This document shows positions 9,755 to 19,341 of a stretch of DNA of 30,524 bases, in pieces. The DNA comes from Candidatus Bathyarchaeota archaeon (lineage in GTDB: Archaea > Thermoproteota > Bathyarchaeia > TCS64). The stretch spans positions 1 to 30,524 of the forward strand of contig CAVYVF010000003.1 of the NCBI GenBank assembly GCA_963771885.1. Reading direction: 5' to 3'. A program made the translations under genes and the position numbers. Position 1 is the first letter of the stretch. Each line of letters begins with the position of its first letter. The notes beneath the pieces were generated by a model. It did no database searches. It was not told the origin of the DNA and was given only the letters and a program-made list of their open reading frames with translations.

Positions 9755-10438
9755 TTATTCTAAATCACCAATCATCTTTCTAAAATAAAAAGCCTCTTTT
9801 TCAGATATGTTTAAAATAGATTTTTCATACTGTTCTTTTAAAATTACTATTTTTAATTTTTCAAAAGATCCATCAAGATCATCAAAACCCCATCCTTTAT
9901 TTATATAATATGTTTTATCATATGAGCGATCATCTCTCATTATTATACATTTATCATATTCATCTTTTAACTTACAATAATTAAATAAAACACTTTGTAA
10001 GAATGAATTTGCATGCGCACGCGAATTAAATAAAATATTTATATCCAAGGGATTTTCTATCCATAATTTACTATGTATTTTTTCTATTTGATTTAGAATA
10101 GATTTAATGGTATTATTATCACTTTCATTGATTTCTTTATTTTTAATTAATAATTTTTCTAGATTCTTATTATCAATACTGACTAAATTTACTTTAACAT
10201 ATCCTTTTTCAGGCTTTTTAGTTTTTTCCTCTGTCTTATTCTTTCTAATTTTTACTGCTTTTCTTGTTTTTTCTGAATTTTTTTCATCGTATGGAACATT
10301 CGCAACTTCACATATTTCTTTTTTATTCTTAAAATGCTCATATATTTCTCTGTTATTTATTTTGCAATTATTAGATATCCTTTTTACAGATGGTGTTTTA
10401 TTATTTTCACTATAATACATCTTAAACAGAATCGACAA
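9755..10438 (-). CDS. Very AT-rich orphan protein with a possible N-terminal HTH
   Basis: Intact 227-aa ORF in extremely AT-rich DNA. KTPSVKRISNNCKINNREIYEHFKNKKEICEVANVP resembles a TetR-like HTH or homing-endonuclease-associated repeat. Confidence 0.6.
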   Translation of the reverse strand: MSILFKMYYSENNKTPSVKRISNNCKINNREIYEHFKNKKEICEVANVPYDEKNSEKTRKAVKIRKNKTEEKTKKPEKGYVKVNLVSIDNKNLEKLLIKNKEINESDNNTIKSILNQIEKIHSKLWIENPLDINILFNSRAHANSFLQSVLFNYCKLKDEYDKCIIMRDDRSYDKTYYINKGWGFDDLDGSFEKLKIVILKEQYEKSILNISEKEAFYFRKMIGDLE

Positions 10439-10536
10439 TTTTTCTCTTTATTATCTGATTAGACATAGAGATTACCCAAATATCTATTCTTTAAGATATA
10501 AATCTTTCCAAAAATATTACTATATTCATTAAAAAA

Positions 10537-10615
10537 CATTTCAAATCATTTCAGCGATAAAAAGACATCATTTCAGCCATTTCAAAGCTCATTTCGATTC
10601 ATTTCAGTCATTTCT
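10537..10615. repeat. Helically phased array of seven CATTTC(A) boxes
   Basis: Copies start at 10537, 10547, 10569, 10578, 10590, 10600 and 10609. Confidence 0.85.
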
Positions 10616-10902
10616 AGCTATGATCCGAAAGCTAGTACTCTACTTTCTAGAAATTCTTAAACCTAATATGTGTATGTGAGTCCTGTAATTCGCGTGCGAT
10701 AGGTTAGAACAATGCAGGCGTAGTGCGAATGTAATCGTAGTAGAAGCCCGTCGTGCGCTGCACGCAGCCGACTTCCATAGAAACAACGCCGAAAACATCG
10801 CGCGTTCGATAAAGTGACTCGTAGAAGCCCGGTAGTCGATCAGTTCGCGCTCGGTGGAGTTTTTAAGACTCCCATTCACTAACGAGGTAGCCGTGATGAT
10901 TC

Positions 10903-11878
10903 GTGATACTAAACCAATGGTACTCCATTCTTGAATCCTCAGAGGTCGGGACGAAGCCAGTGGGAGTAACGAGGATGGGGGAGAAACTCGTACTCTGGCG
11001 CTCAAAGGGCACCATTGGTTGCTTAAAAGACAGGTGCATCCATAGAGGAGCCGCCCTCAGTGGCGGCAAGACCATTGACAGCGACTTACAATGCCCATTC
11101 CATGGCTTGAGGTATGATTCAACGGGCAAGGTAACGATGATTCCAGCCAACGGAAAGTCGAAACCTGTTCCCAACTACTTCAAAGCTGACAGCTACTTAG
11201 TGCGCGAGGAGCACGGGTTTATTTGGATTTGGTGGGGCTGCGCCAAGAGAAGAGTATCCGCCGATTCCATGGTTCGACGACATCGGCGAAGGCTTCAGCT
11301 TTAGCACGGTGAAGCAGCGATGGACCACCCACTACAGCCGAGCCATCGAGAACCAGTTGGACGTCGCGCACCTGCCATTCGTCCACTCTAACTCAATTGG
11401 CAGAGGGAACAGAACGCTTGTCAACGGACCCTACACAACATTCGACAACGGGGCAATCACAGTATACCCCGATAATGAGGTGGATGAAGATCAGACGCCG
11501 AAAAAGCCTATAGAGATGTCTTCTCCCCCCGGGCGTTACTATATACAGTTCAAGTTCCCGAACGTTTGGCAGAACAGGATCAGTGATGGCAATAGAGTCG
11601 TCGTATCATTCAGCCCTATAGATGGTGAAAATACGATGATGTACCTCAGGTCGTATTGGAAGACGAAGGGCGTTCCCGGGTTAAACTGGTTGACTGGAAT
11701 ATTTTCGGGAATAGGCTCTTGGTATATCGCCGACCAGGATAGGAGAGTGGTTGTCAGTCAGACCCCTAAGAGGGTGGGGGTAGATATCGGTGAGAAACTG
11801 ATTTCGGCTGATCTCCCTATTGCCATCTATCGGCAGGAAAGTGACCGTTTGATCAGGAAAGCTGTTAACGGCTCTTAG
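10903..11878 (+). CDS. Rieske non-heme iron oxygenase alpha subunit, VanA/KshA-like (frameshift near 11240)
   Basis: Rieske motifs DRCIHRGA and QCPFHG; mononuclear-Fe motif ENQLDVAHLPFVH and a downstream DQD. Confidence 0.9.
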
Positions 11879-11991
11879 GCTGAGTAACGCACGTATTCCT
11901 TCATTATTCAAGACATCCTCAGACGCATTCTAGTACCAAATATTGGACTATCTCATTAAGAGAAAAAAGGAGTGTAATAGTCTTGGGATGG

Positions 11992-12249
11992 TTATCCGTA
12001 GAATTTGAACTCGATATGCCACAGATACTCTGGTCGCTTCGTCTCCATAAAGGGCTTCATGGTATCATTCATGTGTTCTGCCTCGACCATAATCATGTAG
12101 TGGTACCTGTCACAGGCGGCTCCGTACTGGCCTACGAACTTTACCTTGGCCTTTTCGCAGGCTTTCTTCAGAGTCTCGGCGTATTCCTTTATTCTGGTTT
12201 CGCGTTGAGAGGACGTTCCATCCAGGTCGATGAGATACATCGCTAACAT
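11992..12249 (-). CDS. Small ferredoxin-like fold protein (GYD/DUF3303-like)
   Basis: MLAMYLIDL...KAKVKFVGQYGAACDRYHYMIMVEAE shows the dimeric alpha/beta-barrel pattern; ATG at 12249. Confidence 0.6.
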   Translation of the reverse strand: MLAMYLIDLDGTSSQRETRIKEYAETLKKACEKAKVKFVGQYGAACDRYHYMIMVEAEHMNDTMKPFMETKRPEYLWHIEFKFYG

Positions 12250-12310
12250 CTTCGTCACCAAGCGCTCGGGCGCGCTACCAATTTTCGTTAATTGATCCTA
12301 TAGCGTGTAT

Positions 12311-12326
12311 GTTTACAATTGTATAC
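12311..12326. promoter_or_regulatory. Operator GTTTAC-AATT-GTATAC
   Basis: Near-identical inverted copy of 7490..7505, in a divergent spacer. Confidence 0.7.
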
Positions 12327-12440
12327 GGGGATTGCCTTCGTTCCGATTATCGGTGGCACGAAGGACACTGATGCCCAAGTATGGGGCTTTGGAATAGTTT
12401 TAATCCGCATCGATACAAAGTCGCATCTGAGGCACTGGAA

Positions 12441-13640
12441 ATGCGCCGAACACAACGGATAGCGTCCGCCCTGCTGTTCCTCATGCTAGTCGCTGCGTTG
12501 CCTCCCGTCGCTGCGGAGGAATACTACCCTACATCGGGTTGGCGCACCTCTCCCCCAGAGGCGCAGGGCATGTCCTCGGAGAAGCTGAGGGAGTGGAGCG
12601 ACGAGATACGGGTAAGCGGCACGGCCATAGACGGCATCGTGGTGGTGCGTCACGGATACCTAGTCTGGGAAACCTATCCCAACCCGCTCTTCGGCGCCAC
12701 TGACACCCACCGCCTATACTCCGTCACGAAGAGCTTCACATCCTGCCTCGTCGGCATAGCCATCGATAAGGGCTACATCGACGGCGTCAATCAGACAATG
12801 CTCTCCTTCTTCCCCGAAAGGACGATAGCCAACCTCGACGAGCGCAAGCAACGGATCACCGTCGAGAACCTGCTCATGATGCGCAGCGGGCTACGGTGGG
12901 ACGAGTCGAGCGCCCCATTCACCGACCCCCGAAACGACATCTACCACAAATACTCTACGGGGACGGTCTCCAGTGGAGCCTCGACCTCGAGGCGGTCGGC
13001 GAGCCCGGCGTCACGTGGCACTACAACACTGGGGCAAGCCACATACTCAGCGGCATAGTCACCGCCGCCACTGGCTCATCGACGCTCGACTTCGCCGAGG
13101 AGAACCTCTTCAAGCCACTGGGCATAACCCGCTACGCCTGGTCGGAGGACGGCGCGGGCACGATCATAGGCGGATTCGACCTCCAGCTAAGCCCCCGCGA
13201 CATGGCCAAGTTCGGCTACCTCTACCTACACGGCGGCAGCTGGGACGGGAAACAGATAGTCTCCGAGGGGTGGGTGGAGAGGTCAACGAGCACCCTAACA
13301 AGGCCCACCGCGGCCCTCGGCTATGGCTTACCAGTGGTGGACGACGCCCAGCCAGAACATGTACTCCTGCCGCGGCCTCTACAACCAGATGATATACGTC
13401 CTCCCCGGGCAGGACATCGTCGTCGCTGTGACGGGTGACATGAGGAGCGGGGGCACAGACGACGCGATAGCCGACTACATACTTGCGTCGATAACAGAGT
13501 ATGACCCAGGCACAGAGCCGGCTGGGCAGAGTAATGGTGTACCCGGGTACCCGGTTGAGGCCTTCGCCGCTGGTTTGATCATGGTCATCTTGATCGGCGT
13601 ACAGGCGCGCACGGTTAGACCTAAGCTTCATAACTTGTAA
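12441..13640 (+). CDS. Secreted serine hydrolase (beta-lactamase/AmpC-like family) with a C-terminal PGF-like sorting signal (2 frameshifts)
   Basis: Signal peptide MRRTQRIASALLFLMLVAALPPVAA, SxxK (SVTKS), YxN-like HYNT, C-terminal GVPGYPVEAFAAGLIMVILIG followed by a basic tail. Confidence 0.85.
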
Positions 13641-13764
13641 CCGCTCTCGCTCGCGGAGGCTATACTCTTGAGATTCTCCAATGGCTAACGAAAACCTACG
13701 GGAAATATCTCTAGGCACATATTATTCATTCAATAATTGTATGCGCGCTTAGATAGATTGAAAA

Positions 13765-15208
13765 TTAACAAATTTCCCAAGAATTTTTTATTGGCCAAAG
13801 AGCAAGATGTTCAATGAAGATATTTCCTCGATTACAAAAAAGTTCAATCCCTGAATCCTCTTTACCTGGGAAAACCTGCATGGTCATTACCGCTTTTCCC
13901 CTGTTAGCAAAAACCTCCACGATACTATTATCAACAAATATCCTCAAATTCAAACTATCATTGTCCAGAACAAGGTTTGTTTCGCAACTTCCAAGTTTTT
14001 CATATATTTGATTAAATGAATTATTTCTCGTTTTACTTCTATCTAAACAAAGAGCATGAGACTCATTATCATAACATAACTCCATTTCATGGCCAGCACC
14101 CGAAAAAAACCGTATCCCAAAATTGGATTTATGCGAAGGTTTGGCAGAGATCTGCAGTTCAAACTGAGTTGAATTAACGGGCAACCTCATAGTTTTTTCA
14201 AGAATGAAACAATTCACCTCTAATAATGAAGCAGACCGAAGTATGCTCAACTGATGTAATGGGTTCTTGTAGCAATAACCACTCATCATTAACTTTTTTC
14301 AAGCGCAACATTCTTGGTAAGGACATAGCTCCTCTCCAAGGCATAGTCGGAATGTCTTGAGCATACTTCCAATTATTAGCCCAGCCAATACTAATCGGCA
14401 ATTCTCCCCTTGGACGATTTTTATAAACAATAGCCGCGTAGTAATCAGAACCATAATCAGGTCTGAATATTTTCGTGCTAGGGTTTTCATTTTTAAAATA
14501 TGACCCGTCAAAATCACCTACAAAATATTGCATATACGGGGAAGGCGAATGCATCAACACCCATTTTGTTTTTCCAGATTCATCATCAATAGGAACCTCA
14601 AATAGATCAGGGCACTCCCAAATTCCAGAGGTATCTCCTGCAGGACCGAAGCTGCTTAATAATTTCCATTCTTTCAAATTTTGGGAACTAAAAAATTGAA
14701 CCTTTTTTTCGACTGCAAGAACGATAGACATTATCCACTTCTTATGTGGTTCATACCAGAACACTTGCGGATCACGAAAATCCTTTATATCTAGATCCAA
14801 CACTGGATTCTTTTCATATTTTTTCCATGTTCTTCCTTTATCATTGCTGTAAGCGAGACACTGCGATTGATTCTTCCCTTTGATGTATCCGGTATAGATG
14901 GCAACCATAGGGACATTACCGGGTCTTTCTGCAAAGCCGGCTGTGTTAGTCTTATCAATTACACAGCTACCAGAAAAAATCATTACATCACCTTCTTCTG
15001 GAATTGCTAATGGAAAATGCTGCCAATGGATAAGGTCCCGGCTGATTGCATGGCCCCAACTCATATGTCCCCAACGGATGCCCACGGGATTGTGTTGATA
15101 GAATAGATGGTATTCACCGTCGTAAGATACGAGTCCGTTGGGGTCATTAATCCAATTTAATGGAGCGGAAAAGTGGTACTGTGGACGAAAATGTTCTCGA
15201 TATAACAT
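13765..15208 (-). CDS. Glycoside hydrolase family 32 (levanase/beta-fructofuranosidase; frameshift near 14250)
   Basis: RPQYHFS, WINDPNG, FSGS, FRDP, WECPDLF, C-terminal LRIFVDNSIVEVFAN. AGGAGG SD precedes the ATG at 15208. Confidence 0.95.
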
Positions 15209-15512
15209 ATTATTTGAACCTCCTATCATTGTAACCTCTCTATTTGATGACCTTATTTGGATCCGGTAAGAGTAGGGATAAGACCTTCGTCCGCGCGCGC
15301 ATTCCCTGAGAAGCGGCGCGCGTGTTAACATCCTTGCTGAGAGGGAAAATAAGCAACTAGGAGAGCGTGGAAGATGGGTATAGAGGAGCTAGCTCAGAAA
15401 GTATCCAAATTCAGTGTCATGTGCGAAATATTTCCTCCTCCACATAATGACGAGTCACTCTTGCCCTCCCGTAACTACCGTTAAATTACCAGAACCGTTC
15501 CTAGAACACGCT

Positions 15513-16232
15513 ATGTCCCTGACTGAGAAGGAGATCATCCAGAAGCTTGAGAAGATCGACACCCCCACCATCAGCAACGTGGTGGCCACGTACCCGAAGG
15601 CGGACAGCTGCATGAAGCTCTACGACGCGTGGTACGGGGAGTGGTACACCGACCAGACCATCAAGTGTATTTACCCCGAGATGGGCCCCAAGGTCGGCTA
15701 CGTCTCCACGGTTGTGTTCTGCGAAAAGTCTGAGAAATACACGGGCTTCAGCAGGTGGGCTCTGCCCGAGCACATTGAGAGGACACCGAAGCCGACGATC
15801 CTTGTCGCTGAGCAGCAGTTCCCACCCGAGATAGCGAACAGGGTAGGCCTCTTCGGCGAGATAATGACAACTCAGTACAAGGCACTGGGAGTGATCGGCG
15901 TCATCACGAACGGGCCGATGAGGGACATCGACGCCATCAAGCCTCTGGACTTCCAATACTATGCCACGGGCGTCACCCCGGGGCACGGCGACTTCATGGT
16001 GAAGGCGGTTGACGTCCCAGTGAAGGTGGGGGGCATGTCCGTGATGCCGGGAGACATGGTTCACATGGACATGCACGGCGCGGTCAAGTTCCCCGCCTCG
16101 AAGATGGGCGAGGTCCTGGAGCGCGCTACCAAGCTGCTTGAAAACGAGTCATCCCTGACTAGAATCTATAAGGAGCCCGAGTTCACCCTTAAGAAGTGGA
16201 AGCAGAGCGTGGAAGGCACCAAGACGTATTGA
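15513..16232 (+). CDS. RraA/HMG-aldolase family protein
   Basis: DTPTISN, GLFGEIMT..YKALGVIGVITNGPMRDIDAI, VMPGDMVHMDMHGAVKFP. Confidence 0.88.
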   Translation: MSLTEKEIIQKLEKIDTPTISNVVATYPKADSCMKLYDAWYGEWYTDQTIKCIYPEMGPKVGYVSTVVFCEKSEKYTGFSRWALPEHIERTPKPTILVAEQQFPPEIANRVGLFGEIMTTQYKALGVIGVITNGPMRDIDAIKPLDFQYYATGVTPGHGDFMVKAVDVPVKVGGMSVMPGDMVHMDMHGAVKFPASKMGEVLERATKLLENESSLTRIYKEPEFTLKKWKQSVEGTKTY

Positions 16233-17228
16233 ATGGAGTTGAATGATGTGAAGGTACTATTCGTAGCAGGCAGATGGGCGCAGGACGTCGACAAGTCAGA
16301 GAGGCTCAAAGAGCTCAAGAAGCACGCCGAGGTAGAGCTAGCCCTCCAAGGCGACGAGAAGTCCCTCATCGAGAAGGTGGGCGACGTCGAGGTGATCATC
16401 ACGGGCGGGCCGATAACCGCCGCGGTCATCAACGCAGCCCCCAAACTGAAGATGATACAGACGACCAGCGTCGGTTTCGACTACATCGACGAGGCGGCCG
16501 CGGCCAAGAAGGGCGTCATCATCTGCAACGTGGCCGGCGTCAACGCAAACAGCGTCGTCGAGCTTGACTTCGGAATGATCCTCGACATAGCGCGCAGGAT
16601 AGGAGCCCACAACCGCTCCATGAGGGAGGGTGGATGGGCCAGGGTCGAGGTTGAGAGGCAGGTCGAGATCCGGGGCAGCACAATAGGGATCGTTGGCCTC
16701 GGAGCGATAGGCAGCAGGATGGCGCAGTTTGCGACTCACGCCTTCAACATGAAGGTGCTCGCATACGACCCCTACATCACGGAGGCGAGGGCTCAGCAGT
16801 TCAACGCCGAGCTCGTTGACATCGAGACGCTCTTCAAGACTTCAGACATCGTGACAATCCACGTTCCACTTAACGAGGAGACACGCCACATGATCGGGGA
16901 AAGGCTGCTGAGAATGCTGAAACCCACAGCAATCTTCGTTAGCAGCGCCAGGGGCCCGATCGTCGACGAGGAGGCGCTGATAAAGGTCCTTAAGGAGAGG
17001 AGGATAAGCGGCGCATGCCTCGACGTCTACGAGACCGAGCCCTTACCCAAAGACAGCCCTCTGAGGACACTCGACAACATCTCGATTGTCCCCCACATCG
17101 GGAGCACACCCGGGATAATGGTCGTGATGAGGGAGACGGCGGTCTGGAACGTCATCCGCGTAGCAAAGGGAGAAACCCCCCTAAACGTTCAGACCCCCAA
17201 GGTCTACTACACCAGCCCGAAGTGGTAG
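16233..17228 (+). CDS. D-2-hydroxyacid dehydrogenase (SerA/glyoxylate reductase-like, NAD-type)
   Basis: GLGAIG, AYDPY, SARG, LDVYETEP, PHIG; abuts the RraA-family gene. Confidence 0.93.
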   Translation: MELNDVKVLFVAGRWAQDVDKSERLKELKKHAEVELALQGDEKSLIEKVGDVEVIITGGPITAAVINAAPKLKMIQTTSVGFDYIDEAAAAKKGVIICNVAGVNANSVVELDFGMILDIARRIGAHNRSMREGGWARVEVERQVEIRGSTIGIVGLGAIGSRMAQFATHAFNMKVLAYDPYITEARAQQFNAELVDIETLFKTSDIVTIHVPLNEETRHMIGERLLRMLKPTAIFVSSARGPIVDEEALIKVLKERRISGACLDVYETEPLPKDSPLRTLDNISIVPHIGSTPGIMVVMRETAVWNVIRVAKGETPLNVQTPKVYYTSPKW

Positions 17229-17363
17229 AATATCATACTCACCACAATTTTGCGCTTGAGCAAGACGATTTATGGTTATTATGAAATAGAGTTAATCAGT
17301 ATAAATAGCATAATAATTTAAAGGCGTGAACATACATGGATAACGAAGACTGAAGGCTTAGAA

Positions 17364-17936
17364 ATGAGTAAAACAAGCCCCTACGAAGTACAGGTACAGA
17401 ACGTCGTCGCCTCGGCCTCCCTCGACCAGAAGATAGACCTACTCGCCATCATGAAGGTGTTTAAGAACGTCGAGTACCGCCCAAAACAATTCCCAGGCCT
17501 AGTGTTCCGACTGAAGAAGCCTAAGACAGCGACCCTCATCTTCGGAAGCGGCAAGATGGTCTGCACGGGGGCGAAGTCCGAGAAGTTGGCGAAAAGCGCC
17601 GTGATACGGGTCGTCAAGGAGTTAAAGACGAATGGGATCATCATCCTCGGGAAACCGAAGATAGTCATACAGAATATGGTCTCCTCCGCAAACCTCCACG
17701 GCAAGATTGACCTAGAGACCGCCTCGGACGTCATGGATAACGTCATGTATGAGCCTGAGCAGTTCCCCGGTTTGATTTACCGGATGCCAGATCCCAAGGT
17801 GGTTATGCTCCTATTCGCTTCGGGGAAGATCGTTATTACCGGTGCAAAGACTGAGGAGCAGGTCCATGAGGCCGCGAAGAAAATCAATTCACTGCTCCTC
17901 GAATATGACCTCCTTTACCAGGGAGACGATCCTTAA
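17364..17936 (+). CDS. tbp: TATA-box-binding protein
   Basis: Two repeats QNVVAS..YRPKQFPGLVFR..LIFGSGKMVCTGAKS and QNMVSS..YEPEQFPGLIYR..LLFASGKIVITGAK. Confidence 0.98.
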   Translation: MSKTSPYEVQVQNVVASASLDQKIDLLAIMKVFKNVEYRPKQFPGLVFRLKKPKTATLIFGSGKMVCTGAKSEKLAKSAVIRVVKELKTNGIIILGKPKIVIQNMVSSANLHGKIDLETASDVMDNVMYEPEQFPGLIYRMPDPKVVMLLFASGKIVITGAKTEEQVHEAAKKINSLLLEYDLLYQGDDP

Positions 17937-18110
17937 CACAGCGCGCATAGGGCTTCACGATCTATTCTCCGAGGAAGCTCACAGCTTATGCGCGCGCGTA
18001 GCTGAAAGTGGTAAACTAAGCCACATAAATATCAAATAAAAAAGTCAATAACCAATGCTTCTAACGCTGAAGGAGACATAAAACAAGTAAAGTCTACAGC
18101 GCATGCATCA

Positions 18111-19121
18111 TTAATTCACAACTCGCAGAGGCGGTTTCCCCTCGCAGACTCTGTAAAGATTCTCAAAAACAAGCGGAGGTACCCGCTTCATTATCTCTGG
18201 CGAAAGAGCACTGCTATGGGGAGTTAAGAGAACATTCTTAGCTCCCAATAATGGGCAGCCCTCTATTTTTGGCTCGTTGACGAATACATCAACGGCTGCG
18301 CCCCTTAAGTGACCAGTTTTCAGAGCCTCAGCCAGTGCATCGACGTCGACTACCTCCCCTCTTGCGGTGTTGATGAGCACACTTCCTCTCTTCATCATGC
18401 GAATTTCTTTTTCCCCGATCATCCCCCGGGTCTGCTTTGTTAATGGTACATTGATACTCAGGACATCGGAGGTTCTGATAATTTCCTCGAATGATTTGTA
18501 GGTGATTGTCAACTCCTTCTCCACTTCTGGTGACAGTCTATTACGATTATTATACTGAATTTGTGTTCCGAACTCCTTTGCGAGCCTAGCGATCTCTCTC
18601 CCTATACTACCGCAGCCGATTATCCCTAGTGTAAGTGATCCGAATTCAAGCGGCATCCTTTCAGGGGCAATTAATTGTTGCTGCACCCAATTTCCTTTCC
18701 GAGTCTCTGTGTTTGCATACTCTATTGACTTTATCAGAAACAGAGCGGCCATAATCGTGTATTCGGCCATTGGTCTAGCAGTAATCCCAGCTGAATTGGC
18801 AACTGGTATCCCCCTCTCTTTAGCTGCTACAAGATCGACATCATCGAAGCCAATTGTATAACATTGAATAAGTTTGAGTTTTTTACCGCTCTCAATAACA
18901 CGCCTAGTCACTGGTGTGAAGTGCAGGGAGTCAGTAAGTAGGAAATCAGCATCTTTCACCAGTTCACAAACTCTATCCTCCGACGCCTTAGGCCCTGCCC
19001 TGATCAGCTCGAAGGTGTTTTTATCGACGAGTTTTCCGAAGAAATTATTAAATGCTTCATCCGGGAATGAGCAAATATCCAAGATTTTGAATTTAACCAT
19101 ACGACACATTCCCCAACTCAT
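18111..19121 (-). CDS. D-2-hydroxyacid dehydrogenase (glyoxylate/hydroxypyruvate reductase-like)
   Basis: GCGSIG, YNNRNR, INTARG, DVFVNEP, TPHS. Confidence 0.92.
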   Translation of the reverse strand: MSWGMCRMVKFKILDICSFPDEAFNNFFGKLVDKNTFELIRAGPKASEDRVCELVKDADFLLTDSLHFTPVTRRVIESGKKLKLIQCYTIGFDDVDLVAAKERGIPVANSAGITARPMAEYTIMAALFLIKSIEYANTETRKGNWVQQQLIAPERMPLEFGSLTLGIIGCGSIGREIARLAKEFGTQIQYNNRNRLSPEVEKELTITYKSFEEIIRTSDVLSINVPLTKQTRGMIGEKEIRMMKRGSVLINTARGEVVDVDALAEALKTGHLRGAAVDVFVNEPKIEGCPLLGAKNVLLTPHSSALSPEIMKRVPPLVFENLYRVCEGKPPLRVVN

Positions 19122-19199
19122 TTTTTTGAGATCCTAGTAACACGAACTAACCTAGAAACCTCAGAAAGCTGAGAAGCGATGATAATATTAATAGTGTTT

Positions 19200-19280
19200 G
19201 TATACAAATGTAATACTTCTTTTAATATGCGCTTTTCACGGGCCGAGAATAAGGTATTCTCCCGTACTACAATTGTATAC
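19200..19280. promoter_or_regulatory. Two inverted TACAWWTGTATAC operators in a divergent promoter
   Basis: GTATACAAATGTA at 19200..19212 and TACAATTGTATAC at 19268..19280, each a few bp upstream of a TATA-like AT box (about 19182-19193 leftward, 19286-19293 rightward). Confidence 0.7.
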
Positions 19281-19341
19281 ATACATTATAAATAAATTTT
19301 CAACTTAATCTCTCAATACCTCTTGAATTGGGGTGAATACA

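Noticed and set aside
10537..10615. Possible CRISPR array
   Set aside because: Repeats are only 6-7 bp with gaps of a few to about 15 bp, and there are no cas genes; no CRISPR array was seen anywhere in the window.
15209..15512. Extended starts of the GH32 (15331) and RraA-family (15414) ORFs
   Set aside because: Non-homologous extensions through intergenic DNA; better starts are at 15208 and 15513.
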